A stretch of DNA of 64,000 bases, from assembly GCA_963823335.1 (NCBI GenBank), contig CAWGLD010000001.1, positions 1,184,001 to 1,248,000 of the forward strand. Reading direction: 5' to 3'. The notes beneath the pieces are model-generated. The model was not told the DNA's origin. It ran no database searches and saw only the letters and a program-made list of their open reading frames with translations. Below, piece after piece: positions 1 through 9,291 of this stretch (its first letter is position 1; each line of letters starts with the position of its first letter). Source of the DNA: an uncultured delta proteobacterium (GTDB lineage Bacteria > Desulfobacterota > Desulfobacteria > Desulfobacterales > B30-G6). The translations under genes and the position numbers were made by a program.

Positions 1-1718
1 TTGACCTTACCCTTAAAAGGCTTAACGATCTTTTATATGAACAGAAATTTGGTCCAAGCAGTGAGGTCGTGATGTTCGGCAGGGATGGCAGTATTATCGC
101 GTCATCTGACCTCCGGGCGCCAGATGAAAAGAGCGATGCCTTTCTTGTCCAGGCCCTTGAAAAAGGTCAAACAGACCATCTCCTTCGCTATAAAGAGCAT
201 GGTGAGGATCTGTTTGCCATGGTCACGACCCTTTCGACTGAAATAAGTACCGATACCCACCTTGGCATCAGCATCGATGCGGATGTCATGCTCAAGCCTT
301 ACCACGAAAAAATTGTTTATTCCTTGGTCATTGCCGCCATATTCCTGTTTTTGGCAATGCCACTGATCTTCTATACAACCTCGCGTATCGTCAGACCAAT
401 CAAGGAGCTCATGTTCCAAAATGATAAAATCAAAGCACGCCATTTTGATGAAGTTACACCGATCAAGACCCGTATCTCAGAACTGATTGATCTTTCCGCT
501 TCGCTGGTTTCCATGACCAAGAGCATCCAGGCCTACCAAAAGGCGCAAGCGGAACTGATGGATTCCTTTATCAAGCTTATCGCTGATGCCATCGATGCCA
601 AGTCACCTTATACAGGTGGGCACTGTCAACGGGTCCCGGAAGTCGCTATGCTGCTGGCGAAAGCCGCCCATGCTGTAAATGACGGCCCTTTTAAGGCTTT
701 CCGTTTTGACAATGATGAGGCCTGGAGAGAGTTTGAGACCGGCGCCTGGCTGCATGACTGCGGTAAAGTGACGACGCCCGAGTACGTCGTCGACAAGGCA
801 ACCAAACTCGAAACCATCCACAACCGGATTCATGGAATCCGGACCCGTTTTGAAGTGATCTGGCGCGATATCGAGATAGAGGCATATGAGCGGCGTCTTC
901 AGGGTGAAGATGAAATACAGATCAGCACCTGGAAACAAGAAACGCAGCAGGCCCTTGTGGATGATTTTGCTTTTATTGCCGAGTGCAATATCGGCGGAGA
1001 GTTTATGAGTCAGGAGAAACAGGAACGTATCAAAAGTATTGCAGGCCGAACCTGGATACGCCACTTTGATGATCGACTCGGCCTTTCAGACGCTGACATG
1101 CTGCAGTATGAGGGAATTGAAGTGATTCCAGTTCCGGCTGTCGAGCAACTTATGAGCGACAAGCCCGAGCACCTTGTTAAACGACCCAACTTTGACGGGG
1201 AAGCCTACCGCAAACAGGGCTTCAAGCTGGAAGTTCCTGAATTCCTATATAACCATGGTGAAATCTATAACCTCTGTATTGAAAAAGGGACCCTCACGCC
1301 TGAAGAGCGTTTCAAGATCAACGAACATGTCATCATGAGCATCAAAATGTTAGAGCGACTGCCCTATCCTGAAAATATGGAACAGATACCGGAGTATGCC
1401 GGTACCCACCATGAAACCATGATCGGCACAGGATATCCGCGACGGCTTCACAAGGAGGATCTTTCGATACCTGCACGTATCATGGTCATTGCCGATATTT
1501 TTGAAGCTCTGACCGCTTCAGACCGACCATATAAAAAGGGTAAAACACTTTCCCAAGCAATCAAGATAATGCATTTTATGAAAAAAGACGAGCATATCGA
1601 TGCAGAGCTCTTTGACCTATTTTTAACTTCGGGGGTCCATCTCGAGTATGCAAAACGCTATCTGAAACCCGAGCAGGTTGATGAAGTGAAGATAGAAGCG
1701 GAGCCTTCAAACCCGTGA
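1..1718 (+). CDS. HAMP + HD-GYP domain phosphohydrolase (c-di-GMP phosphodiesterase-like), 5'-truncated by window edge
   Basis: TM helix, HAMP-like RIVRPIKEL, DAKSPYTGGHC, WLHDCGK and HHETMIGTGYP motifs; frame is open back to base 3. Confidence 0.9.
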   Translation, partial: DLTLKRLNDLLYEQKFGPSSEVVMFGRDGSIIASSDLRAPDEKSDAFLVQALEKGQTDHLLRYKEHGEDLFAMVTTLSTEISTDTHLGISIDADVMLKPYHEKIVYSLVIAAIFLFLAMPLIFYTTSRIVRPIKELMFQNDKIKARHFDEVTPIKTRISELIDLSASLVSMTKSIQAYQKAQAELMDSFIKLIADAIDAKSPYTGGHCQRVPEVAMLLAKAAHAVNDGPFKAFRFDNDEAWREFETGAWLHDCGKVTTPEYVVDKATKLETIHNRIHGIRTRFEVIWRDIEIEAYERRLQGEDEIQISTWKQETQQALVDDFAFIAECNIGGEFMSQEKQERIKSIAGRTWIRHFDDRLGLSDADMLQYEGIEVIPVPAVEQLMSDKPEHLVKRPNFDGEAYRKQGFKLEVPEFLYNHGEIYNLCIEKGTLTPEERFKINEHVIMSIKMLERLPYPENMEQIPEYAGTHHETMIGTGYPRRLHKEDLSIPARIMVIADIFEALTASDRPYKKGKTLSQAIKIMHFMKKDEHIDAELFDLFLTSGVHLEYAKRYLKPEQVDEVKIEAEPSNP

Positions 1719-1782
1719 GGCGCTTTCATTGGCGAAACGTCCTGTTTGTCAATATGCCCATGGTGAAGAGATTTTTATTTCT

Positions 1783-2922
1783 TCAGGCTCTCAAACGTTT
1801 GATAGCGCATGTTACGACATCGATGGCCGTTTCGATCTGTTCCGGTGTCGTCATGCGGCCGGTGGAAAAGCGTAGCGTCCCTTTGGCCCATTCCAGGGGA
1901 ATCTGCATGGCCTCCAGAACATGGGATAGCGTCACCGTGCCTGAATGACAGGCGGCGCCAGCGGAGGCCGCCACTTCCAGGCCGATCTCCTCCAATATGC
2001 GGTTGGCCTCAAGACCCTTGAAAGAGAGGCTCAGGGTGTTGGGCAGGCGTAAATCAGGATGGCCATTGAGGCGCATGTTATCCAACTGTGCCGACAGGCC
2101 GTTGTGCAGCCTGTCGCGCATGGCCGTTAAATAGCTTCCGGTGTAGTCGAGGCTGGCATCGGCCATCTCGCAGGCTTTGCCCAGACCCACGATCTCCAGT
2201 ACATTTTCGGTGCCTGCGCGCCACCCCATCTCCTGGCCTGCCCCATGGCAGAATTTTTCCGGTAACAATCCCTTTTTGATGTATAAGGCACCGATCCCCT
2301 TGGGGGCGTATATTTTGTGTCCGGCGATGGAGAGCAGGTCTATGTTCATTTCCTGAACATCTGTTGCAATTTTTCCTGCGCTTTGGGCCGCATCGGTGTG
2401 GATACAGATGCCTTTCTGTCTGGCCAGCAGGGCAATATCCCGTATGGGCTGAAGGGTTCCCACCTCGTTGTTGGCATGCATAATGGTAATCAATATCGTG
2501 TCCGATCGAATGGCGGCCGCAATATTTTCCAGGCTGACCATACCGGTATCATCCACATCCACGCGGGTGGTATCGAAACCCTCGTTCTTAAGATATTCGC
2601 AGACTTCCAAAACTGCCGGGTGCTCCACGGTGCTGGTGATGATATGGCGGCCTTTGTTCTTCAGGACCCTGGCCATTCCCTTGATGGCGTGGTTGTTGGA
2701 TTCGGTGCCACCGGAGGTAAAAAGGACTTCCTCTGCCTGGCAATTGAGCATATCTGCCACCTGCTGCCGGGCTTTTTCCACGGCTCTCTTGGGGCGGATA
2801 CCGTACCAATGAGAACTGGACGGATTACCGAATTCGGTTTCCAGGAACGGCCGCATGGCCGCAATCACCTCCGGGTCATGGGGTGTGGTACCGTTGTAGT
2901 CCAGATAGATGGGCTGAACCAT
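1783..2922 (-). CDS. NifS/IscS-family cysteine desulfurase (class V PLP enzyme)
   Basis: YLDYNGTTP, FGNPSS, TSGGTESNN, HTDAAQ, GHKIYAPKG, SAGAACHS; AAGGAGG RBS before ATG 2922. Confidence 0.92.
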   Translation of the reverse strand: MVQPIYLDYNGTTPHDPEVIAAMRPFLETEFGNPSSSHWYGIRPKRAVEKARQQVADMLNCQAEEVLFTSGGTESNNHAIKGMARVLKNKGRHIITSTVEHPAVLEVCEYLKNEGFDTTRVDVDDTGMVSLENIAAAIRSDTILITIMHANNEVGTLQPIRDIALLARQKGICIHTDAAQSAGKIATDVQEMNIDLLSIAGHKIYAPKGIGALYIKKGLLPEKFCHGAGQEMGWRAGTENVLEIVGLGKACEMADASLDYTGSYLTAMRDRLHNGLSAQLDNMRLNGHPDLRLPNTLSLSFKGLEANRILEEIGLEVAASAGAACHSGTVTLSHVLEAMQIPLEWAKGTLRFSTGRMTTPEQIETAIDVVTCAIKRLRA

Positions 2923-2924
2923 CT

Positions 2925-3110
2925 TTATGCCTCCTTTTGAGGGACCGAAAATCCCAGGTCGAAGATGCGATGGCAGGCCGGGCATATGAATAGCCACTCT
3001 GTCTTGTCACCCGATTTTTGAAACATGGAATGGAATCCGTCCCCGTAGCTGCAGACGGGGCAATCCTTGAAGGTCTGATGCATGTCAATTTTCATGATGT
3101 CTTGATCCAT
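2925..3110 (-). CDS. small zinc-ribbon-like protein (61 aa, CPVC...CPAC)
   Basis: Two CxxC pairs, AGGAGG RBS, stop abuts the desulfurase start. Confidence 0.75.
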   Translation of the reverse strand: MDQDIMKIDMHQTFKDCPVCSYGDGFHSMFQKSGDKTEWLFICPACHRIFDLGFSVPQKEA

Positions 3111-3310
3111 TTTAAGCCTCCTTGATAATCGGTTGGGAAAAGGATAGCTGAAAAATGGGTCCATCGCAATCACAAGTTCGCCCCGACTAACTTCACATCG
3201 GCTCAAATGGTTGCATGCGTTTTAAAACGCTATAGCTGAACTTCTAGGTGTTTACAGGGGCTGAATTCCATTGACCATGCTGGTGTATAAAGGTATTCAT
3301 TCTTTCAAAT

Positions 3311-3393
3311 GTTGAACCGAAAAAGAGAGGCACCCCAGCGACGTGTTGGTACGTGGCGGAATTTCCGGCTTGTCTGGACCGCAGGATTCTTTA
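3311..3393 (-). repeat. degenerate copy of repeat family A in the mtbB leader
   Basis: GTTGAACCGAAAAAGAGAGGCACCCC...CCGCAGGATTCTTTA resembles GTTGAACCGAAACAGCGAGCGCATTCCCC...CTGCGGGGCTCTTCA at 21017. Confidence 0.55.
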
Positions 3394-3415
3394 TTTCCCA
3401 AATAAGGAGAGACAT

Positions 3416-4798
3416 ATGAATAAAATTATATCCCGGATGGGTGATGGTTGGTTGGTGGCGTTCAGTGAGCAGGAATTGAAACGGGAGTTGGAGGAAGGCA
3501 CGCAGGATGCCGCCGCTCAGGGTGATATTGACCCGCTGCTCGAAGATGAATTGGAATATCTCTTTGAAATTTGTCGGTCGGGCAACAAAATGACAGGGGT
3601 TGAAGCCGGCCGAGAGGTTGTCCTCTCCTACGATGGTCCGACGTTTGAAATTAGACGACTGGGGATCCTGGCGAACCGTCAGACGGCATTGCAAATATAT
3701 GAAAGATGTTTTGGTGCCGACACCCTAGAATTTTCCCATATTGATTACAGCTATAAACAGGTGAAACCCATTGTGCATGAGGAGCTGCCCCTCTTTGAAC
3801 AGCTTCAATCCTTGACCGTAGCGCCCATGCTCTATGGCGCCATGCCCAATTTAGGGCTGTACACAAAACCAGACGGCCCGGTTGCCAACCCGAGTGAGTT
3901 GATGCCCCAGGGAAAAATAAAGGATGCCCAGGAGGCTTATGAAGAGGCCGTTGAAATGTCTGTGAACGACATGGTTTTTGTCGCTTCAAAGTTTTATGAG
4001 GCTGGTTGTGACGGTATCAATATCGACACCGTAGGGGCCTCTGGCGACCCTGATTTTAAAGCGGCTCTGTTAGCGACAGAAGCGCTCAGGAATAAATATC
4101 CCGATATCAATATTGAAATTGGAATGGCAGGTGAATTTGTTCTGGGTATGCATGGAGAGATGACACACAACGGGAGACGATTGGCCGGCATGTATCCCCA
4201 TGAACAGGTTAAGCTGGTGGAGGAGGCCGGTGCCCACATATTTGGGGCCGTGGTAAACACACAGACACGCCAGTCCTTTCCCTGGAATCTGGCCAGATCA
4301 GTGACCTTTAGTAAAGCATGCACAGCGGCAGCCAATATCCCAGTACACGGTAATATGGGGATGGGCGTCGGTTCACTGCCCGTTTGCGAGATGCAACCGG
4401 CTGAAACGGTATCCATGGCCTCCAAGGCAATGGTCGAAATTGCCCGTCTTGATGGCTTGTAGGTTGGCACCGGTGATCCTGCCGGTGTGGCCATTACACA
4501 TGCCATGACCTCGGGAATGGGTGGAATACGGACCACAGGAGATCTTGTGGCTCGGATGCAAATTTCGCGGGGCATGAAAATTGGTAAGGCCAAACAATAT
4601 GTAGCAGAAAAATTGGGTGTATCCATCCAGGATATACACGATGCAGTGGCTATGCGAGAGACACGGGAAGACCTCCGTATCGGTGTACTGCAATCGTTGC
4701 CTGGTCACCCAAAAGGCATTGAAGCCAAGTACAATATTGCCAGAGTACTCGGAATTGAATTGAATTCCTTACGTTCTTCAAAAGTCCGTATCGGATGA
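3416..4798 (+). CDS. mtbB: dimethylamine:corrinoid methyltransferase, pyrrolysine-containing (in-frame TAG 4460-4462, codon 349 of 460 aa)
   Basis: ORFs 3353..4462 and 4487..4798 share a frame; YGAMPNLGLY, IEIGMAGEFVLGMHG, FPWNLARSVTF, then MVEIARLDGL-TAG-VGTGDP and GDLVARMQ match MtbB around its Pyl site; AAGGAG RBS. Confidence 0.93.
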
Positions 4799-4932
4799 GC
4801 CGGCAAAGATCAGTCTGAATCACAACAGAGACTGCACTCCTGTGGCTTGTCGTGTCTGCAAGGCTCTGCTTTGTGCTTTTTGTCAACAGCGGCCCCAAAT
4901 TCTCCAGGCTAAGAATAAACCTTAGGAAAAAA

Positions 4933-4962
4933 TTGACTTCATGGAGAATGAAACGCTATAAT
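4933..4962 (+). promoter_or_regulatory. sigma70-type promoter upstream of mttB
   Basis: TTGACT-N18-TATAAT. Confidence 0.6.
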
Positions 4963-5066
4963 TTCCAGCAACAGGCGAGCGCAACCGGCCAGGGGGATGT
5001 AATAGCGGTTCCCCCTGGTCAAACCCCTGCCCCATAGTATCATTTGTGGTATTGAAAGCCGTTGAG

Positions 5067-5148
5067 GTTGAAGAACCTCGCAGCAGGCTACGAGGAATGT
5101 TCCGCCTTACGGCAGAACCTACGGGGTTAGCGCTCGCTGTTGCGGTTC
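5067..5148 (+). repeat. repeat family A (GTTGAAGA...CGCAGCA...CTACGGGG...GCGCTCGCTGTTGCGGTTC)
   Basis: Aligns by eye with copies at 6714, 21017 (reverse) and 55885. Confidence 0.8.
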
Positions 5149-5224
5149 GGATTTGGATTCGAGTGTTTCAAGTTTACACTGCTGTAGACAGGATTACTAA
5201 AGATGTCCAAAAAAGGAGAATAAT

Positions 5225-6718
5225 ATGCCAATCGAAACAATAGCCCAGGCAGTAAAAAAATGCGGTGTTGCCATCGAGCCGGCCGTGTCTTTTCGACTGC
5301 AGTGCCTGAGCGATGAGGACTGCCGGAGAATCCATAATGCCACATTGGAAGTCCTGGATCAAACCGGCATTTTTGTTCCCAGCAACAGGGCAACGGAAAT
5401 TTTTGCAGATCATGGCGCCAGGGTGAACAAACACGATCGGCGGGTGTTTTTATCGGCGCACATCGTCGAAAAAGCACTGTCCACCATTCCCGATCAAATT
5501 CGAATCCCCGGACGGGAGCGATCACGGGACTACATCATGGGGGGAGAGTCCCTGGGCTTTATCAATTTCGGGACCACGGTGTTTATAAACGATTTAGCCA
5601 CGGGTGAACGACGTAAATCGACCAAGGAAGATGTGGCCCAGGCGACCCGCGTTTTGGACGCGTTAAACAGCATTGATATATTGATCACCGTATTGAGCTG
5701 TACAGAAAAATCTTCTATGACCGAAACCATGCACGCCACGGCAGCCATGCTCGCAAACACGACCAAACCGGTGGAAGCGGTACCCCCCACGGCCAATTTA
5801 ATTCCCAAAATGGCCCTGATGGGAGAGGCGGCTGTCGGCAGAGATGTCTTTTGCAAAAATCCGTTCTTCTTTACCGGGGTTTGCGTTGTGAGCCCTTTAC
5901 AACTGGTGGACGAGTGCAGTGAAGTGCTGCTGGCATCTGTGGAACATAATTTTGTCACCAGTGTCCTCTCCATGTGCCTGGCCGGAGGGACATCGCCCAT
6001 CCATCTTGCAGGAACAGTGGTCCAGCACAATGCCGAAGTGCTAAGCGGGCTGATTTTGGGACAACTTCTGAAGCCCGGTGCGCCCATGATATACAGCAGC
6101 TCCACCACATCGATGGATATGCTTTTTGGCACCGCTGCCGTCGGGTCCGTGGAAGGCGCTATCCTGAACGCGACCCTGGCCCGCATGGGTCGCTATTACC
6201 ACATACCCGTAAGGGTATCGGGCGGGTAGGTGGACAGTAAACTATGTGACGCCCAAACCGGTTACGAGTCCTTGCTTACAGCGCTTCTTCCCTCATTGGC
6301 AGGTGCCAATCTGGTTTATGGAGCAGGCATGCTGGACAGCGGAATGGTTCTGGATTACGGCAAAATGATTCTTGATGATGAGATCAATCATACTATCAAG
6401 CGCATCGTTAAAGGGGTGCAGGTTACGGAAACATCGCTTTCGGCGGACCTTATCAAGGAGGTAGGGCACACCGGGAATTATTTGACGCATCCGAGCACCT
6501 TGGAGCACTTTTCCGAGTTGGTACAACCCAAACTTATGAACCGGGAAAACTATGAAAACTGGTCGGCCAAAGGTCGAACCGACGTGCACGAAAGGGCATT
6601 GGAAAGAGCCAGGGAACTGGTGGCGAATCATCAGCCTCAGCCTATCAGCGAAAAGGCGCAAAAAGAAATCGATGAAATCATCCGCGAGACTGAAAAAGAA
6701 CTCGATGTGGACAGTTGA
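5225..6718 (+). CDS. mttB: trimethylamine:corrinoid methyltransferase, pyrrolysine-containing (in-frame TAG 6227-6229, codon 335 of 497 aa)
   Basis: ORFs 5225..6229 and 6230..6718 are contiguous and in frame; IHNATLEVL, GGTSPIHLAG..VQHNAEVLSG, YHIPVRVSGG-TAG-VDSKLCDAQTGYE and GANLVYGAGML match MttB around its Pyl site. Confidence 0.93.
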
Positions 6719-6768
6719 AGAGTCCTCGCAGCAAGTTACGGGTAACGCGCTCACTGTTGCGGTTCAAC
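6714..6768 (+). repeat. repeat family A, short form; supplies the mttB TGA stop
   Basis: GTTGAAGAGTCCTCGCAGCAAGTTACGGGTAACGCGCTCACTGTTGCGGTTCAAC with GTTGAA/TTCAAC termini. Confidence 0.8.
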
Positions 6769-6906
6769 CAACAGGGTCACGGGTTCGACAGGGTCGAATC
6801 GATGCATCTTGAAATAGGAGAGAAAGGGTTTCGCGATACAGATGCAAACGCCGTCAAAACAGCCAAAATTATCGCGACTGCCTTGAACGGCATCAGCTTA
6901 CACTAA
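6769..6906 (+). pseudogene. possible C-terminal remnant of an unknown gene starting at the repeat boundary
   Basis: Protein-like frame QQGHGFDRVESMHLEIGEKGFRDTDANAVKTAKIIATALNGISLH* with no convincing start of its own. Confidence 0.35.
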
Positions 6907-6980
6907 GCGCGTGGTTGGCCGCAGCGAGGGTCATCAATAATTGAAAAACAGATCATCGAGTAAATGAATCCTCAGGCATC

Positions 6981-7000
6981 AAGGTCAGAGCTGACTTTTT
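6981..7000 (+). terminator. possible intrinsic terminator
   Basis: AAGGTCAG-AG-CTGACTTT short stem running into a T tract. Confidence 0.35.
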
Positions 7001-7069
7001 ATTAAGTCCAATTAGTAAAGGACGTCCCTAAAATCTCTAAAAGTTTCGGGAGAGAGGAGGAAATACGTT

Positions 7070-7252
7070 ATGCGTGGTGTTTTCATCATCGTTACCCTTA
7101 TCGCAATGCTATTCGCCGTATTTCTGGTTGTCAGGAACTTAAAAACAGACACTGTCGATGGTGTAGACAAAATGGAAACCATCCAAAAGGCGAAAGATAC
7201 CGCCGATATTGTCGATAATGGGGTCAAGAAAATGAAAAAAGCAATGGAGTAA
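7070..7252 (+). CDS. small single-TM hypothetical protein (60 aa)
   Basis: GAGGAGG RBS, N-terminal hydrophobic helix, charged tail. Confidence 0.7.
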   Translation: MRGVFIIVTLIAMLFAVFLVVRNLKTDTVDGVDKMETIQKAKDTADIVDNGVKKMKKAME

Positions 7253-7300
7253 AATCATAACAATGCATTGGTCCAACGCTACAGTGGCGGTTGATTTATC

Positions 7301-7591
7301 TTAACACACGCTCGTACACTTGTCCCTGGCCATTTTGGCGGGAAGCGTCTCAATGACACGCATGGTTTTCCACTTGCCCTGGTAATAGCGAAGGAAGGAA
7401 GCAGAGCACAGGGAGATCACGTACAAGGTCAGGATGATCCAGCAAGTGTAGATGCCCCATCCCAGGAATCTGACGCCTATGGTGATGGGCAAGATCATGA
7501 TCACAAGGGTGACAATTCCGATACTCCACATGATAAAGCGGGTGTCGCCGGCGCCCTTTAGCACACCGGTAAAGATAAAATATAAGGCAAG
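7301..7591 (-). pseudogene. MATE efflux transporter C-terminal fragment
   Basis: LALYFIFTGVLKGAGDTRF...RYYQGKWK is a typical MATE C-terminus; no N-terminal part; abuts the upstream stop. Confidence 0.75.
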
Positions 7592-9091
7592 TTAGGGGAC
7601 GTCCTTGACTATATTGACTAATTTAGAGCGTGTTGTTGCGTGTGTCACTGCATGGCGGATACCCCGCAAGGCCCTTTCTACGTTGGCAAACACCGGAATG
7701 CCGTGGGACTGATATGCCTTGCGCAGGATGCGGGATGTTTTTTCCACATCCACATCCGCAACGGTCACGGCGTGGTTTTCGAAAACAGCAATAATTTCCC
7801 TGCCAGATTTATTTTTCAGCCGTTCGAGCACCGGCAGCATTTCTTCCAGATACGCCCCGGGCGGTCCTGCCGGCACACCAGCCATTTCCATAAAAGAGCG
7901 CACTTCCACCTCAAGGGGTCTTAACAGGAATACCATGATCAGGATATCAATGGGTTCCGAGTCAAGGATAATTTCCAGAGATTTTTCGATAACATCTGCG
8001 GGAACAACAGGTGATCCCGTATCCAGTGGGTTTTGCATGCTGTTGCCGGGTGTGGGATAAAATTGACGAAGCCGCTTTTGTGTTGCAGCACTAAAGTGAT
8101 CCAGGGTCAGGCCTGATCTATGGGACACATCACAGCTGAATACGCCGATGGCACCGCCCCCCCCTACCAGGGCTATTCGAGGTCCCGGTTTTTTGAGGTA
8201 TTTCAGCGCCACGAGGGCATCCATGAGTTCGTCCAGGCCCTGAACAGGGATGGCATGACCCTGTCTGAGAACACCCTTCCATATGTCGGCATCACCTGCC
8301 AGAGAAGCTGTATGACTTTGGGTCGCTCGATTTCCCGGGGGTGTCAGGCCGGCCTTCCAGATCACGACCGGTTTTTGCCGTGTTACCCGGCGGAGTGTTT
8401 CCAAGAATTCTTGCCCATCCCTGACTCCTTCCAGATAGGCGGCTATTACGTCTGTTTCAGAATCGGTAGATAAGTAGTCGAGAATCGCGATGGCGTCCAG
8501 GTCACATCCATTGCCGAATGATACCATTTTGCTGAGATGGATACCTGCCAGACGGGCTTCATACCCGAAATCAGTCGCAACACCGCCACTCTGCGAGAGC
8601 ATGGCAATCGAGCCGGGCTTTTTGGAGAAATCAGCTCCCGGTAACAGAGTGACGCCGCCACGGGGTGAATGAATACCAAAGCAATTGGGACCGACTACCC
8701 GGATTCCCTCACGTGCGATAAGCGCCACTTCTCTCTGCAGGGCGATACTTTCAGCTGAACCGATCTCGGCAAAGCCGGATGAATGAATTTGAGCACCTGT
8801 AACACCATATCGCAGACAGGATCTTAAAATATCGGGTACAAATTTGGCCGGAACCGATATGGACGCCAGATCAACAGGACCTTCCACCTCCTCGATGCAT
8901 TTATAAATTTTGTGCCCGTTCAGTTCTCCGCCCTTGGATGAGATGGGGTATAGCTTTCCCGGATAGCCATATCGGATCAGGCTTAAGGCGATGAGGTTGC
9001 CAAAGGCACCGGGCCTGCTGATTCCGCCAAAAACCGCAATTCCCCTGGGGGCAAAGATTCTGTCCAATGGATTGTTTTTCTTTTTTGTCAT
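7592..9091 (-). CDS. NDP-forming acyl-CoA synthetase alpha-subunit-like (CoA-binding domain protein)
   Basis: IFAPRGIAVFG, RVVGPNCFG, SQSGG, SFGNGCD, QSHTASLAG (phospho-His), NPLD. Confidence 0.88.
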   Translation of the reverse strand: MTKKKNNPLDRIFAPRGIAVFGGISRPGAFGNLIALSLIRYGYPGKLYPISSKGGELNGHKIYKCIEEVEGPVDLASISVPAKFVPDILRSCLRYGVTGAQIHSSGFAEIGSAESIALQREVALIAREGIRVVGPNCFGIHSPRGGVTLLPGADFSKKPGSIAMLSQSGGVATDFGYEARLAGIHLSKMVSFGNGCDLDAIAILDYLSTDSETDVIAAYLEGVRDGQEFLETLRRVTRQKPVVIWKAGLTPPGNRATQSHTASLAGDADIWKGVLRQGHAIPVQGLDELMDALVALKYLKKPGPRIALVGGGGAIGVFSCDVSHRSGLTLDHFSAATQKRLRQFYPTPGNSMQNPLDTGSPVVPADVIEKSLEIILDSEPIDILIMVFLLRPLEVEVRSFMEMAGVPAGPPGAYLEEMLPVLERLKNKSGREIIAVFENHAVTVADVDVEKTSRILRKAYQSHGIPVFANVERALRGIRHAVTHATTRSKLVNIVKDVP

Positions 9092-9291
9092 ATGCCTTAC
9101 ACGGCCTTTTAATGCGTCTGGTATCAAGTGGGCTGCAGCGTCCCATATGTTAAATATAAATCAGTTCTTTCCCTTATCCATTCCATGAGTAAATTGCAAT
9201 TCCTTACTTGAAATGAAGCTATTGAACTACTATGCTGCAATGGTATCTCAAAATGAGAAAAACCATGACTGCAGAACTGAAAGCGAAAACC

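Noticed and set aside
3305-3415. Riboswitch (ZTP, ykkC or SAH-like fragments) in the mtbB leader
   Set aside because: Core consensus elements are missing; the ends match repeat family A instead
4487-4798. Separate 103-aa gene (likewise 6230..6718)
   Set aside because: These are in-frame continuations of mtbB and mttB across the Pyl TAG
4968-5040. tRNA-Pyl gene
   Set aside because: No CTCTAAA anticodon loop and no cloverleaf
6772-6960. tmRNA-like 5' sequence (GGGTTCGACAGGG) and GCA-AAC resume-like codons
   Set aside because: The tag does not end in AA-stop and no tmRNA 3' acceptor or T-arm follows at the expected distance; it reads better as a protein remnant
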